A stretch of DNA of 31,187 nucleotides from a virus (taxonomy: Duplodnaviria; Caudoviricetes), in the IMG/VR virus record IMGVR_UViG_3300017700_000350, positions 1 through 31,187 of that record. One strand, 5' to 3'. Positions within the stretch are counted from its first letter, which is position 1. Every line of letters begins with the position of its first letter. The notes beneath the pieces were generated by a model. That model was given only the letters and a program-made list of their open reading frames with translations. It did not search any database and was not told the DNA's origin. The position numbers and the translations under genes are program-made. Of this stretch, positions 1 through 6,605 are shown piece by piece.

Positions 1-110
1 CCGAGATGCAGGGCGGCGGAAACTGGGAGGTCAGCAAATGCTTCTACCCGGTCGCGTGGAAGCCAATCAATTACCAAACCATCCTCCCTCAGACGGAGAA
101 GGGGTCATGA
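1..110 (+). CDS. partial hypothetical protein, paralogue of 430..648 (DUF551-like); 5' end outside the window
   Basis: Frame from base 3 reads EMQGGGNWEVSKCFYPVAWKPINYQTILPQTEKGS*; 16/18 aa identical to the C-terminus of ORF 430..648; stop overlaps the next start (ATGA at 107-110). Confidence 0.75.
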   Translation, partial: EMQGGGNWEVSKCFYPVAWKPINYQTILPQTEKGS

Positions 111-433
111 GTATGGTTCATTCCGGCCAAGAGGCCGTCATACCCACCGAGGGACCGGAGAAAGCAACTCACATCACCACTGTCCGGGCGGCGCTTGTCG
201 CGATGGCAGAGGGAGCGCCCTACGAGTTCAACGATGAAGGCTTCCTTGTCGTCGGCAACCCCGATCACGCGCCAGATCAAGGAACCGACCCCTTCATCGT
301 CGTTGATGTGTACGCGCTTGGAAGTCCGCCCTCCGAGGACGGGTCGTGCGCCCCTTTTGGCATTGTGGACGCCACGGAAGATACTCTCCGAGACGAAGAC
401 TGGTTTCACGACAGCGACATGGGTGCGCGATGA
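107..433 (+). CDS. acidic hypothetical phage protein (108 aa)
   Basis: ATG 107 follows GGAGAAGGGG and has ATGA coupling at both ends; preferred over the track start at 38. Confidence 0.7.
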   Translation: MSMVHSGQEAVIPTEGPEKATHITTVRAALVAMAEGAPYEFNDEGFLVVGNPDHAPDQGTDPFIVVDVYALGSPPSEDGSCAPFGIVDATEDTLRDEDWFHDSDMGAR

Positions 434-648
434 CTGATCCCTACTTTGAAATGGACACCGCTCCGCTCGACGGGACGTGGATCATGGGCGTGGACAAGAC
501 CGGGCGCGTTGCTCGCATACAGTCCCGCGCGGTTCATCCAAAGGTGCCGAGCGTCCGGCACTGGGGCGAAGGCGAGACCGTCATGGAGGGCGGCGGAAAC
601 TGGGAACGGAGCAAGTGCTTCTATCCTGTCGCGTGGTGGCCAGCATGA
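430..648 (+). CDS. DUF551-like small phage protein
   Basis: MTDPYFEMDTAPLDGTWIMG...YPVAWWPA resembles the 'ETAPKDGT...PTHWMP' pattern of DUF551-type phage proteins; ATGA overlaps at both ends. Confidence 0.65.
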   Translation: MTDPYFEMDTAPLDGTWIMGVDKTGRVARIQSRAVHPKVPSVRHWGEGETVMEGGGNWERSKCFYPVAWWPA

Positions 649-911
649 CCAGTTTCTCAATGCCTCACTGGTCTGACCCGGTCGTCTGCGCTGTGGCCGA
701 GGCTATCTATGACGATGCTATTCAGCACACCGCTCTCGCTTACACCCGTTCCGAGGCCGTCAAGTGCTGGCCCGGTTTCGACGCTCTCCGGTTCGTCGCG
801 ATGATGCGGGCCTATACGGAAGCTACAACTGCAAACCCGGTAGGTACGAAGGCCGAAGGCCGTAGTGCACAAAACACCCCTCCCGTGAAGACCGGGGAGG
901 GCGGGACGTGA
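645..911 (+). CDS. hypothetical protein (88 aa)
   Basis: ATGA-coupled start MTSFSMPHW; GTGA overlap with the next ORF; C-terminal tail is encoded by a hairpin repeat element. Confidence 0.65.
   Translation: MTSFSMPHWSDPVVCAVAEAIYDDAIQHTALAYTRSEAVKCWPGFDALRFVAMMRAYTEATTANPVGTKAEGRSAQNTPPVKTGEGGT
838..874 (+). repeat. GTAG + GNA-triloop hairpin element, copy A
   Basis: CGGTAGGT-ACGAAGGCC GAA GGCCGTAG-TGCACAAAA; similar flanks to copy B on the opposite strand. Confidence 0.55.
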
Positions 912-1084
912 GCGCGTTCGAGATCATTATGTGCTGCATCGCCTACGCCATCGTCGGGGCCGTCGTGGTCGAAACCGCCCGCATCTGGTTTGGGATGTGG
1001 TGGCTTGAGGTCAGCGCCTCGACCGTCATTTTCTGGCCTCTGATCGCGCTCGCCGCCCTCATCGGAAAGCATCACGAGTCATGA
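908..1084 (+). CDS. small two-TM membrane protein (58 aa; not in ORF track)
   Basis: GTG start after GGGGAGGG; MSAFEIIMCCIAYAIVGAVVVETARIWFGMWWLEVSASTVIFWPLIALAALIGKHHES*; coupled at both ends. Confidence 0.7.
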   Translation: MSAFEIIMCCIAYAIVGAVVVETARIWFGMWWLEVSASTVIFWPLIALAALIGKHHES

Positions 1085-1455
1085 CCCAACCTCACTACAT
1101 AGACCGGGAAGCCGTGGCTGCGCTGATCGAAAGGCTGCGGGAGAACTTGTCCGACATCGCCCCTAGCCGATTGGTGTGCGTCGAAATCGCCGACGTGCAA
1201 TCCGCGCTCGACACCATCGAAGCCCTCTCTCGGCCTATGGAGGCTGTGGCTTGGCGGGAGAAGTTGGCGGTCGTTGAAGCCATTCAAGCTTTCTATCTCA
1301 TCGACTGGAACCGCCTAGACGCCGAAGAACTGGCCGACGCCATCCTCCAAGCCCTCGCAGTCATCCCCACACATGGTTTGGGTTCATCGGCTACGCCGAT
1401 ACCTACCGAGCTTTCAGATACGGCTGTTGTAGCTGAGAAGGAGCCAGACCAATGA
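1081..1455 (+). CDS. hypothetical protein (124 aa)
   Basis: ATGA-coupled ORF in the small-gene array; helical composition. Confidence 0.7.
   Translation: MTQPHYIDREAVAALIERLRENLSDIAPSRLVCVEIADVQSALDTIEALSRPMEAVAWREKLAVVEAIQAFYLIDWNRLDAEELADAILQALAVIPTHGLGSSATPIPTELSDTAVVAEKEPDQ
1373..1408 (-). repeat. GTAG + GNA-triloop hairpin element, copy B (inverted)
   Basis: Minus strand reads CGGTAGGT-ATCGGC GTA GCCGAT-GAACCCAAACCAT, a perfect 6-bp stem with a GTA triloop. Confidence 0.55.
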
Positions 1456-1562
1456 CAGATCGTGAAGCCATAGAGCTAATGGCGTTCTTCTTTGCTGTGG
1501 CTGCTGCGTGTCAGGTGTGGTTGTGGCTGAACCCTAGAAGCGCCACCACGGACGACGAGTAA
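1452..1562 (+). CDS. small single-TM protein (36 aa; not in ORF track)
   Basis: ATGA-coupled; MTDREAIELMAFFFAVAAACQVWLWLNPRSATTDDE*; converges on and overlaps the o-spanin 3' end. Confidence 0.5.
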   Translation: MTDREAIELMAFFFAVAAACQVWLWLNPRSATTDDE

Positions 1563-1836
1563 GCCTCGCATTCTCAACCCCTACCGCGTCGCAAATCTCA
1601 ATCACGGTGTTAGCCCGGTTGTTCGCCTTGTCCGTATCGCCGTGGCGAGCGTCTGCAACCACGACCCACGGACCGATAGCGTTCTCTTCGGGAGGGGGCG
1701 TTACCGCAACGTCAGCGCGAAGGGACGGGCCGATCAGCTTAGAGCAATCCAGCGCACTTTGGATGGTTGTCCCGCACCCGGCGGCAGTAAGCAATCCAGC
1801 CCCTACGGCCAGCCTCGCCAGCATCTTGCTCTGCAT
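1534..1836 (-). CDS. outer-membrane spanin (Rz1-like lipoprotein)
   Basis: MQSKMLARLAVGAGLLTAAG|C signal peptide with lipobox; GGAG RBS upstream; overlaps the 3' end of the i-spanin; last gene of the lysis cassette. Confidence 0.8.
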   Translation of the reverse strand: MQSKMLARLAVGAGLLTAAGCGTTIQSALDCSKLIGPSLRADVAVTPPPEENAIGPWVVVADARHGDTDKANNRANTVIEICDAVGVENARLTRRPWWRF

Positions 1837-2092
1837 TGTCCGCTCCGTCGATAAAGTCCGCGTTGGACTTGGTTTGTGCATCCGTAGCCGCGTCCCGCTC
1901 GTAACGACCCTCAGTGGCCCGTACAGCGGCAGAACCGGCGTTTGCTTGTGCCGCAGCCTGCCGAGCCTTCGCATGGGCTGTAGCGGCTTCCCTGCGGCTT
2001 TGGCACATGGTCAGGATCGCGCCAGCGAACAGCAGGACGACGATCAGGACGCTTAGAGCGACCAAACGACGGATTTCAGCCGGAATGTTCAT
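1739..2092 (-). CDS. inner-membrane spanin (Rz-like)
   Basis: N-terminal TM helix, Ala-rich helical periplasmic region, C-terminal Cys pair; overlaps the lipoprotein gene. Confidence 0.8.
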   Translation of the reverse strand: MNIPAEIRRLVALSVLIVVLLFAGAILTMCQSRREAATAHAKARQAAAQANAGSAAVRATEGRYERDAATDAQTKSNADFIDGADNAEQDAGEAGRRGWIAYCRRVRDNHPKCAGLL

Positions 2093-2094
2093 GG

Positions 2095-2123
2095 TTGAGA
2101 GACTAGCACATATAGGCTAGAAG
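2095..2123 (+). promoter_or_regulatory. putative sigma70 promoter for the tRNA-like RNA
   Basis: TTGAGA-17 nt-TAGAAG (GCTAGAAG resembles the Caulobacter -10 GCTANAWC); CTAGC-N8-GCTAG inverted repeat at 2103-2120; expected start near the RNA 5' stem. Confidence 0.5.
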
Positions 2124-2127
2124 GGTA

Positions 2128-2218
2128 GTGCGAGCGGCGTGGAAAGCAGACACGCAGAAGCCTACGAAGCTTCGCCTTCGGGCGCTGAGACAGTCGGAGT
2201 AGCGACCGGCCTCGCACT
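2128..2218 (+). ncRNA. tRNA-like cloverleaf RNA with Arg(ACG) anticodon loop and non-canonical D/T loops
   Basis: 7-bp acceptor-like stem GTGCGAG/CTCGCAC; hairpin GCGTG-GAAAGCAGA-CACGC; arm GAAGC-CTACGAA-GCTTC; variable arm GCC-TTCG-GGC; arm GTCGG-AGTAGCGA-CCGGC; no TTC and no encoded CCA. Confidence 0.7.
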
Positions 2219-2258
2219 AAGCGCCACCGCGACTGCGGGAAACGCCTACAAGCCGGAC

Positions 2259-2295
2259 AGGCCCTTCAGCTTCGGTTGGAGGGCCTTCTCGTTTC
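2259..2295 (+). terminator. probable intrinsic terminator downstream of the tRNA-like RNA
   Basis: AGGCCCTTCAGC-TTCG-GTTGGAGGGCCT 12-bp stem followed by pyrimidine-rich TCTCGTTTC; no U-tract on the minus strand. Confidence 0.6.
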
Positions 2296-2298
2296 ATG

Positions 2299-2327
2299 TT
2301 GCGCTAGATGCAATATCTAGCTACAAA
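2299..2327 (+). promoter_or_regulatory. putative promoter with palindromic spacer for a leaderless HNH mRNA
   Basis: TTGCGC-17 nt-TACAAA, with ATG 7 nt downstream and no SD; GCTAGAT-N5-ATCTAGC inverted repeat at 2303-2321. Confidence 0.55.
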
Positions 2328-2333
2328 CAGAGC

Positions 2334-2870
2334 ATGAAAGAGATTTGGAAAACTATTCCATCCGCGACGGACTACGAGTGTTCGTCCGTGGGTAATGTCA
2401 GGCGCGCAAACCCTGATTCGTGCGGCAGGAGGCCTCGCCAGCTAAAGTTAGTGGTGAAGTCGAACGGACGGTTGCAGGTTTCGCTTTGCGTGGACAAGCG
2501 CGTTCTGTCCCGTGAGGTCTCGCACCTTGTAGCCGAGACATTTATAGGGCCGCGACCACAAGGCTTGTTTGTCTGCCACAAGAACGGGAAGGCCCGAGAA
2601 AACACGCCCGAAAACCTGTATTATGGAACGCCTAAACAGAACTCCGAAGACGCCATTAGGCACGGCGTTATAGCGAGAGGAGCGGCTAACGGGAACTCTC
2701 GTCTAACCGAGGATCAAGCGGCTTTTATCCTTACGTTCTGCGGTACAGCGACCGAGGCGGCTGCGATTTGCGGCGTTTCTGTCTCTACTGCTTGCCGGGT
2801 CCGTAAGCGGGAAACGTGGAGCCACATTAAGAGCCGTACAAAGCCGCTTCCGCAGCACGACGGCGGATAA
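2334..2870 (+). CDS. NUMOD4-HNH free-standing homing endonuclease
   Basis: MKEIWKTIP..YECSSVGNVR (NUMOD4); HLVAETFIGPRP...VCHKNG...N..ENL.YGT.KQN (HNH_3 motif); C-terminal HTH-like tail; antisense to the lysis genes. Confidence 0.9.
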   Translation: MKEIWKTIPSATDYECSSVGNVRRANPDSCGRRPRQLKLVVKSNGRLQVSLCVDKRVLSREVSHLVAETFIGPRPQGLFVCHKNGKARENTPENLYYGTPKQNSEDAIRHGVIARGAANGNSRLTEDQAAFILTFCGTATEAAAICGVSVSTACRVRKRETWSHIKSRTKPLPQHDGG

Positions 2871-3396
2871 GGCCGTTCATCACCTTTCCGTCGTTTTTGT
2901 TCCAGCGGATAAATTGGTCCTTAGCGCCAACATAGTTTCCTGCCTTGTGCAGACGGAGAAGGGTGCTGTCATTCAGCGCGGACAGACCGACATTGTAGGC
3001 AAACGACACAAGCGCATCGAATTGGCTTTGAGTGGTCACGGTAGCCATCAGGGCTACGGCCTTCTCAAACCGCGCCAGATCAGCCGCGAACCGCTCATCC
3101 GCTTGCGCTTGCGTCCAGACGACACCCTTGGCGATACCGGGGCCAGTCGATCCCCAACCAATCGTCCACGGCTTGCCGTCCACTGAGCCGGGGTCCGGAT
3201 AGGCGGTCAGCTTGCACGATTCAAAGGAGTGAATGAGCGCAATGCCTTCGGGACTAACGCGCTTGGCTGTTGACGTGAACGCCGATCCCGAACCGACCAG
3301 CGGGGGGGCCAGCGCCGCGTTTATGGCGTCCACGTCCGCCTGTGTCAGCGGAGAGCCCTTGATGGCCCTTACAGCGTCAAATAGAGCCTTGCTCAT
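2827..3396 (-). CDS. endolysin, GH24 phage lysozyme
   Basis: FESCKLTAYPDP...WTIGWGST, QFDALVSFAYNVG and GLIRRRAAEAALY motifs. Confidence 0.95.
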   Translation of the reverse strand: MSKALFDAVRAIKGSPLTQADVDAINAALAPPLVGSGSAFTSTAKRVSPEGIALIHSFESCKLTAYPDPGSVDGKPWTIGWGSTGPGIAKGVVWTQAQADERFAADLARFEKAVALMATVTTQSQFDALVSFAYNVGLSALNDSTLLRLHKAGNYVGAKDQFIRWNKNDGKVMNGLIRRRAAEAALYGS

Positions 3397-3698
3397 GGCG
3401 TTGGGTTTCCTGCGTTGACCTGCGCCACGTCCACGTCACGGCGAGCGCGAGTTGTGTTTATGGCCTCGATTGCCTTGGCTCCAAAGAGGGTAGCCGCACC
3501 GAGGAAGTAGGCCCCAGCAAAAATGGCCCCGTCGTTCCCGTTCTCGACCTTCTCCGCAATGATGATCGTCGCCCGCATCGCAGCATAGGAAGTCACAATG
3601 ATAGCAAAGGGCCTAGCGAGGTCGCCAATGAAGCTCTTGACCATTTCCGATTTGGGAATGCGCGGAACCTCGCGCGGGATGACGGGCGTATCCGTCAT
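3393..3698 (-). CDS. probable holin (2 TM)
   Basis: Two hydrophobic segments and a basic C-terminal region; coupled directly upstream of the endolysin. Confidence 0.6.
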   Translation of the reverse strand: MTDTPVIPREVPRIPKSEMVKSFIGDLARPFAIIVTSYAAMRATIIIAEKVENGNDGAIFAGAYFLGAATLFGAKAIEAINTTRARRDVDVAQVNAGNPTP

Positions 3699-3883
3699 GT
3701 TAGCCCGAGAACGTTCGAGATTTTCGGGAGCAGCAAGGTCAGGACGACACCGAACCCGACAGCCGCCCCCATCTGCCAGCGTTGCAGGGACATCACCGCA
3801 TCCATCTTCCGTTCAAGGTCTTCAACCCTGACCGTCAGCCTCGCCACTCGGTCGGCTACCACGGCTAGCGTCGGGTCGCTCAT
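3695..3883 (-). CDS. small coiled-coil protein with C-terminal TM (XhlA-like / holin-associated)
   Basis: RVARLTVRVEDLERKMD coiled coil followed by a TM helix; in the lysis cassette. Confidence 0.6.
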   Translation of the reverse strand: MSDPTLAVVADRVARLTVRVEDLERKMDAVMSLQRWQMGAAVGFGVVLTLLLPKISNVLGLT

Positions 3884-4374
3884 TGGTGAGCATCCGCAGC
3901 AAAAGGCAGACCCCGGCGACTAGACAGATAAGTGCGAAGCCGATCCAGACCATGACCTACCCCGACACACCCAAGGGCCAGAAGCTGAACAATGAAAAAC
4001 GCATTGACCGCAACAACGTACAAATACAGCCCGTGTTGCGTCAGGGCGCTCAACTTCCACATGGAAATTGCGACGACGTGTAGCATGAGTTGTGCCACTA
4101 GCGCACCCACCATCACGACCTTCCACGGCTCGCGGTTTGCCACCCACGCTCGGTAGATCATGACCGCTAGAAACGCATCCAGCACCGGGGCTGCCAGAAT
4201 GACCTCTGGAAAGCCATACAACGTCACCAGCAGATTATTGATGACGAAGACCACCGATAGCAGCGCGCTGACGCCCATTAGGTCTGCGTACTTCTCCGGC
4301 CTAGACCTGTAGGCTAAAAAGCAGGCAACAAAGACCGCGACCGTAGCCGTCATATAGATCAGCATCAGGCTCAC
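3880..4374 (-). CDS. five-TM membrane protein of unknown function
   Basis: About five hydrophobic helices; overlaps neighbours on both sides. Confidence 0.75.
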   Translation of the reverse strand: MSLMLIYMTATVAVFVACFLAYRSRPEKYADLMGVSALLSVVFVINNLLVTLYGFPEVILAAPVLDAFLAVMIYRAWVANREPWKVVMVGALVAQLMLHVVAISMWKLSALTQHGLYLYVVAVNAFFIVQLLALGCVGVGHGLDRLRTYLSSRRGLPFAADAHQ

Positions 4375-4616
4375 GGCTTGATCGGCCCATTAGGATCATC
4401 GACGGGCGGCTTGTCATTTCCACCAGAGAACGCAACCACGTTGCCACCGTCATTTTCCGTACTGGCGATGTAAGCGGCCTCCGCAGCGCCTAGCGCGTCA
4501 TGCAGCGCGCGGGTGGTTTGAACCACCTTACGGGAGGCTTGCTTGGCCTCTTTCGCAGCGCCCTCTAGCTCCGTGATTGCTGCGCCTATGGCGTCGATAT
4601 GGTCTTGAGCGGTCAT
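4371..4616 (-). CDS. small helical protein with Gly/Pro-rich C-terminal peptide
   Basis: AGGA RBS; amphipathic helices followed by GGNVVAFSGGNDKPPVDDPNGPIKP. Confidence 0.75.
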   Translation of the reverse strand: MTAQDHIDAIGAAITELEGAAKEAKQASRKVVQTTRALHDALGAAEAAYIASTENDGGNVVAFSGGNDKPPVDDPNGPIKP

Positions 4617-4637
4617 GGTTTGTCCTGCCGATTCTGA

Positions 4638-6596
4638 TTAGGTGAATTGCGTCTGCACTACCATAAATTTGATTTGGTTTTGATCCGCCGCAACCGGAGG
4701 GGTGCCGTTGTCATAAGTGTAAATCCGACAGGATGACGTTCCTACCGCGTCGCATCGGACATGACCGCCGACCCCGTTATGGGAGGCAAACAACAGAATG
4801 TCGTTCGCGTTGCCAAATGTGTTTGACAGATTCAGCGTATAGTCGCCCGTTCCGTTATCAGTGATAGACGTTACTCCGTTGCCGCCCTTCGTCATCGCGG
4901 GAGTGCCAGTCCCGTTAAAGACGCCCGACGCGACAATCGTATGAATCGCAGCAGGGATGCTAGCGGTGATTGTAATGTCGCGATCAGTGGTGATAACGCC
5001 CGGCGTACCGTTGCCGATCTTCGTGGCTCCCGTCCGGTTGTCTTTCAGAAGATTGGTCGCACCATCGCGCTTGCAGCCGATCATGGTCAGGTTGCCAGTG
5101 AACGTCGATGCAAGCTCAACCACGTTCGTCACGTTGCTCAAGCCCGTGATGTTTTCGAGGACGTGGCTTCCGCCGCCGTCCAGATAAATCCCGGTCGTGC
5201 AGTTCTCAAAGTGAACCGAGCGGGCATTCAGGCTGTCGTTGACCATGTGGATACCGCGCGTGATCGGCACCGCTGCATCACCCGCAATCGTGGTGTTGGT
5301 CACGCTAAGAACGAACGCACCAGCCACCTTGATCTGAGCAACATAAATGCCCGCAGTCGGAGACGCTCCGGCGCTTGATCCGAACAACTCGCAGTTAGAA
5401 ATCGAGCAAACAGCCGCGCCACCGTAGCCGTTCTGGAAATAGACGCCGTAAGTGCGGAACTTTTGCAGAAGGACATTGTCCATCCCGCCGCCTTCCTGCC
5501 ACGCATCCGACAGAACACCGCCAAGGCTCGCCACGTCGTTACAGTTCAGCGTCAGGTCGCGGAGGCAGTTGTCAAACATGGAGGACGTGCCGTTGACCGC
5601 CGTAACCATGTAGGGCCCGGTGTGGGCGGCGTTGGCCTTTAGGACGCTCCCTCGCTTATTGAACCCGGCGATGGTCACGCGGTCGGCGGCATTAATCGAT
5701 GCCGTCATGTCGTATTCTTTGCGGGCGATCTGGACCGTCTGGCCCGCGCCGCCGTCTCGCGTTTGGCCCGCTTCCGTAATGGCACGGGTGATCTGCTGCT
5801 GATCGGTCCCCGCAAACATCGTGGGCATGAGCGGCCCGCCGCCAATGTATTGCGTCAAGGTTTGGGTTTGGAGGTTTGAACCTGCGGTAAGCTGATTACC
5901 TACCAGCGCGCCGCCTGTCGAAGACGCCAGTTCAACCGTGCCGACAACCGCGAGATTCGTCCGCGCGTCTGCTGCCGTTGAGGCTCCTGTGCCCCCGTCC
6001 GCGACTGGAACGTCAGTCCCGCCCGCGCGGTAAATCAGGTTTCCCTCAATCGCCACATTGCCCGCACTGGACCGAGTGAGGGTCGTGTCGGAGGCGTTGC
6101 CAAGCTCAATCGAGCCGACACCGATAGCGGTTGAGGTAGAGGCGACAAGCCCCGCAATCGGGAGGCCTGTCGCATTGGTCAGCGTCATGGATGCCGGGGT
6201 ACCGCCCGCGCCGTCGAACAGCACAGGAGCGCCCGCCGAACCCACGTTGACAGCTAGAGCCGTTGCCACTCCCGTTCCCAGCCCAGAGATTCCCGAACCG
6301 ACCGGAAGGCCTGTGGCGTTCGTCAGCGTCAAAGAGGACGGCGTTCCGCCCGCACCGTTAAACGTGGTGAAGGCTCCGGCAGAACCCACATTGACCGCTA
6401 AAGCCGTAGCAACGCCCGTTCCCGGAACAAGCGTGGCCAGAGGCCCTAGAGTGCTGGTAACATATGTGGCCAAAACCGACGCGGTGGTGCGGTTCAAAGG
6501 ACCGGGCGAACGATAAGCGGCAATCACGTCCGTTCCGACCATTGGAGCGGATAGAGCGGTTAGTTCGGGATATGTCTTCCGGGGCGGAATGGCCAT
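4638..6596 (-). CDS. tailspike / receptor-binding protein with pectate-lyase-like beta-helix
   Basis: Fibre-type N-terminal repeats; TD..QITRAI...GQTVQI..KEY...I....VTIAG...GSVLK beta-helix cap; C-terminal 'VTSITDNGTGDYTLN' domain. Confidence 0.8.
   Translation of the reverse strand: MAIPPRKTYPELTALSAPMVGTDVIAAYRSPGPLNRTTASVLATYVTSTLGPLATLVPGTGVATALAVNVGSAGAFTTFNGAGGTPSSLTLTNATGLPVGSGISGLGTGVATALAVNVGSAGAPVLFDGAGGTPASMTLTNATGLPIAGLVASTSTAIGVGSIELGNASDTTLTRSSAGNVAIEGNLIYRAGGTDVPVADGGTGASTAADARTNLAVVGTVELASSTGGALVGNQLTAGSNLQTQTLTQYIGGGPLMPTMFAGTDQQQITRAITEAGQTRDGGAGQTVQIARKEYDMTASINAADRVTIAGFNKRGSVLKANAAHTGPYMVTAVNGTSSMFDNCLRDLTLNCNDVASLGGVLSDAWQEGGGMDNVLLQKFRTYGVYFQNGYGGAAVCSISNCELFGSSAGASPTAGIYVAQIKVAGAFVLSVTNTTIAGDAAVPITRGIHMVNDSLNARSVHFENCTTGIYLDGGGSHVLENITGLSNVTNVVELASTFTGNLTMIGCKRDGATNLLKDNRTGATKIGNGTPGVITTDRDITITASIPAAIHTIVASGVFNGTGTPAMTKGGNGVTSITDNGTGDYTLNLSNTFGNANDILLFASHNGVGGHVRCDAVGTSSCRIYTYDNGTPPVAADQNQIKFMVVQTQFT
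6159..6422 (-). repeat. tandem intragenic repeat in the tailspike (2 x ~40 aa, 48-aa period)
   Basis: GTGVATALAVNVGSAGA...F.GAGGTP.S.TLTNATGLP at aa 59-98 and 107-146. Confidence 0.9.
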
Positions 6597-6605
6597 GATT
6601 GTCCC

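Noticed and set aside
838-1408. CRISPR mini-array or integron attC interpretation of the hairpin repeats
   Set aside because: Only two copies, inverted and ~500 bp apart; no RYYYAAC/GTTRRRY boxes and no regular spacers.
2128-2218. Calling the element a normal tRNA-Arg gene
   Set aside because: It lacks the TTC loop, canonical D-loop and CCA, so it is reported as a tRNA-like ncRNA.
2139-2333. 65-aa N-terminal extension of the HNH ORF in the track
   Set aside because: It runs through the tRNA-like RNA and terminator; the NUMOD4 motif and a promoter place the start at 2334.
4638-6596. Diversity-generating retroelement or invertible tail-fibre system
   Set aside because: No reverse transcriptase or invertase in the window; the repeat differences are synonymous rather than adenine-specific.
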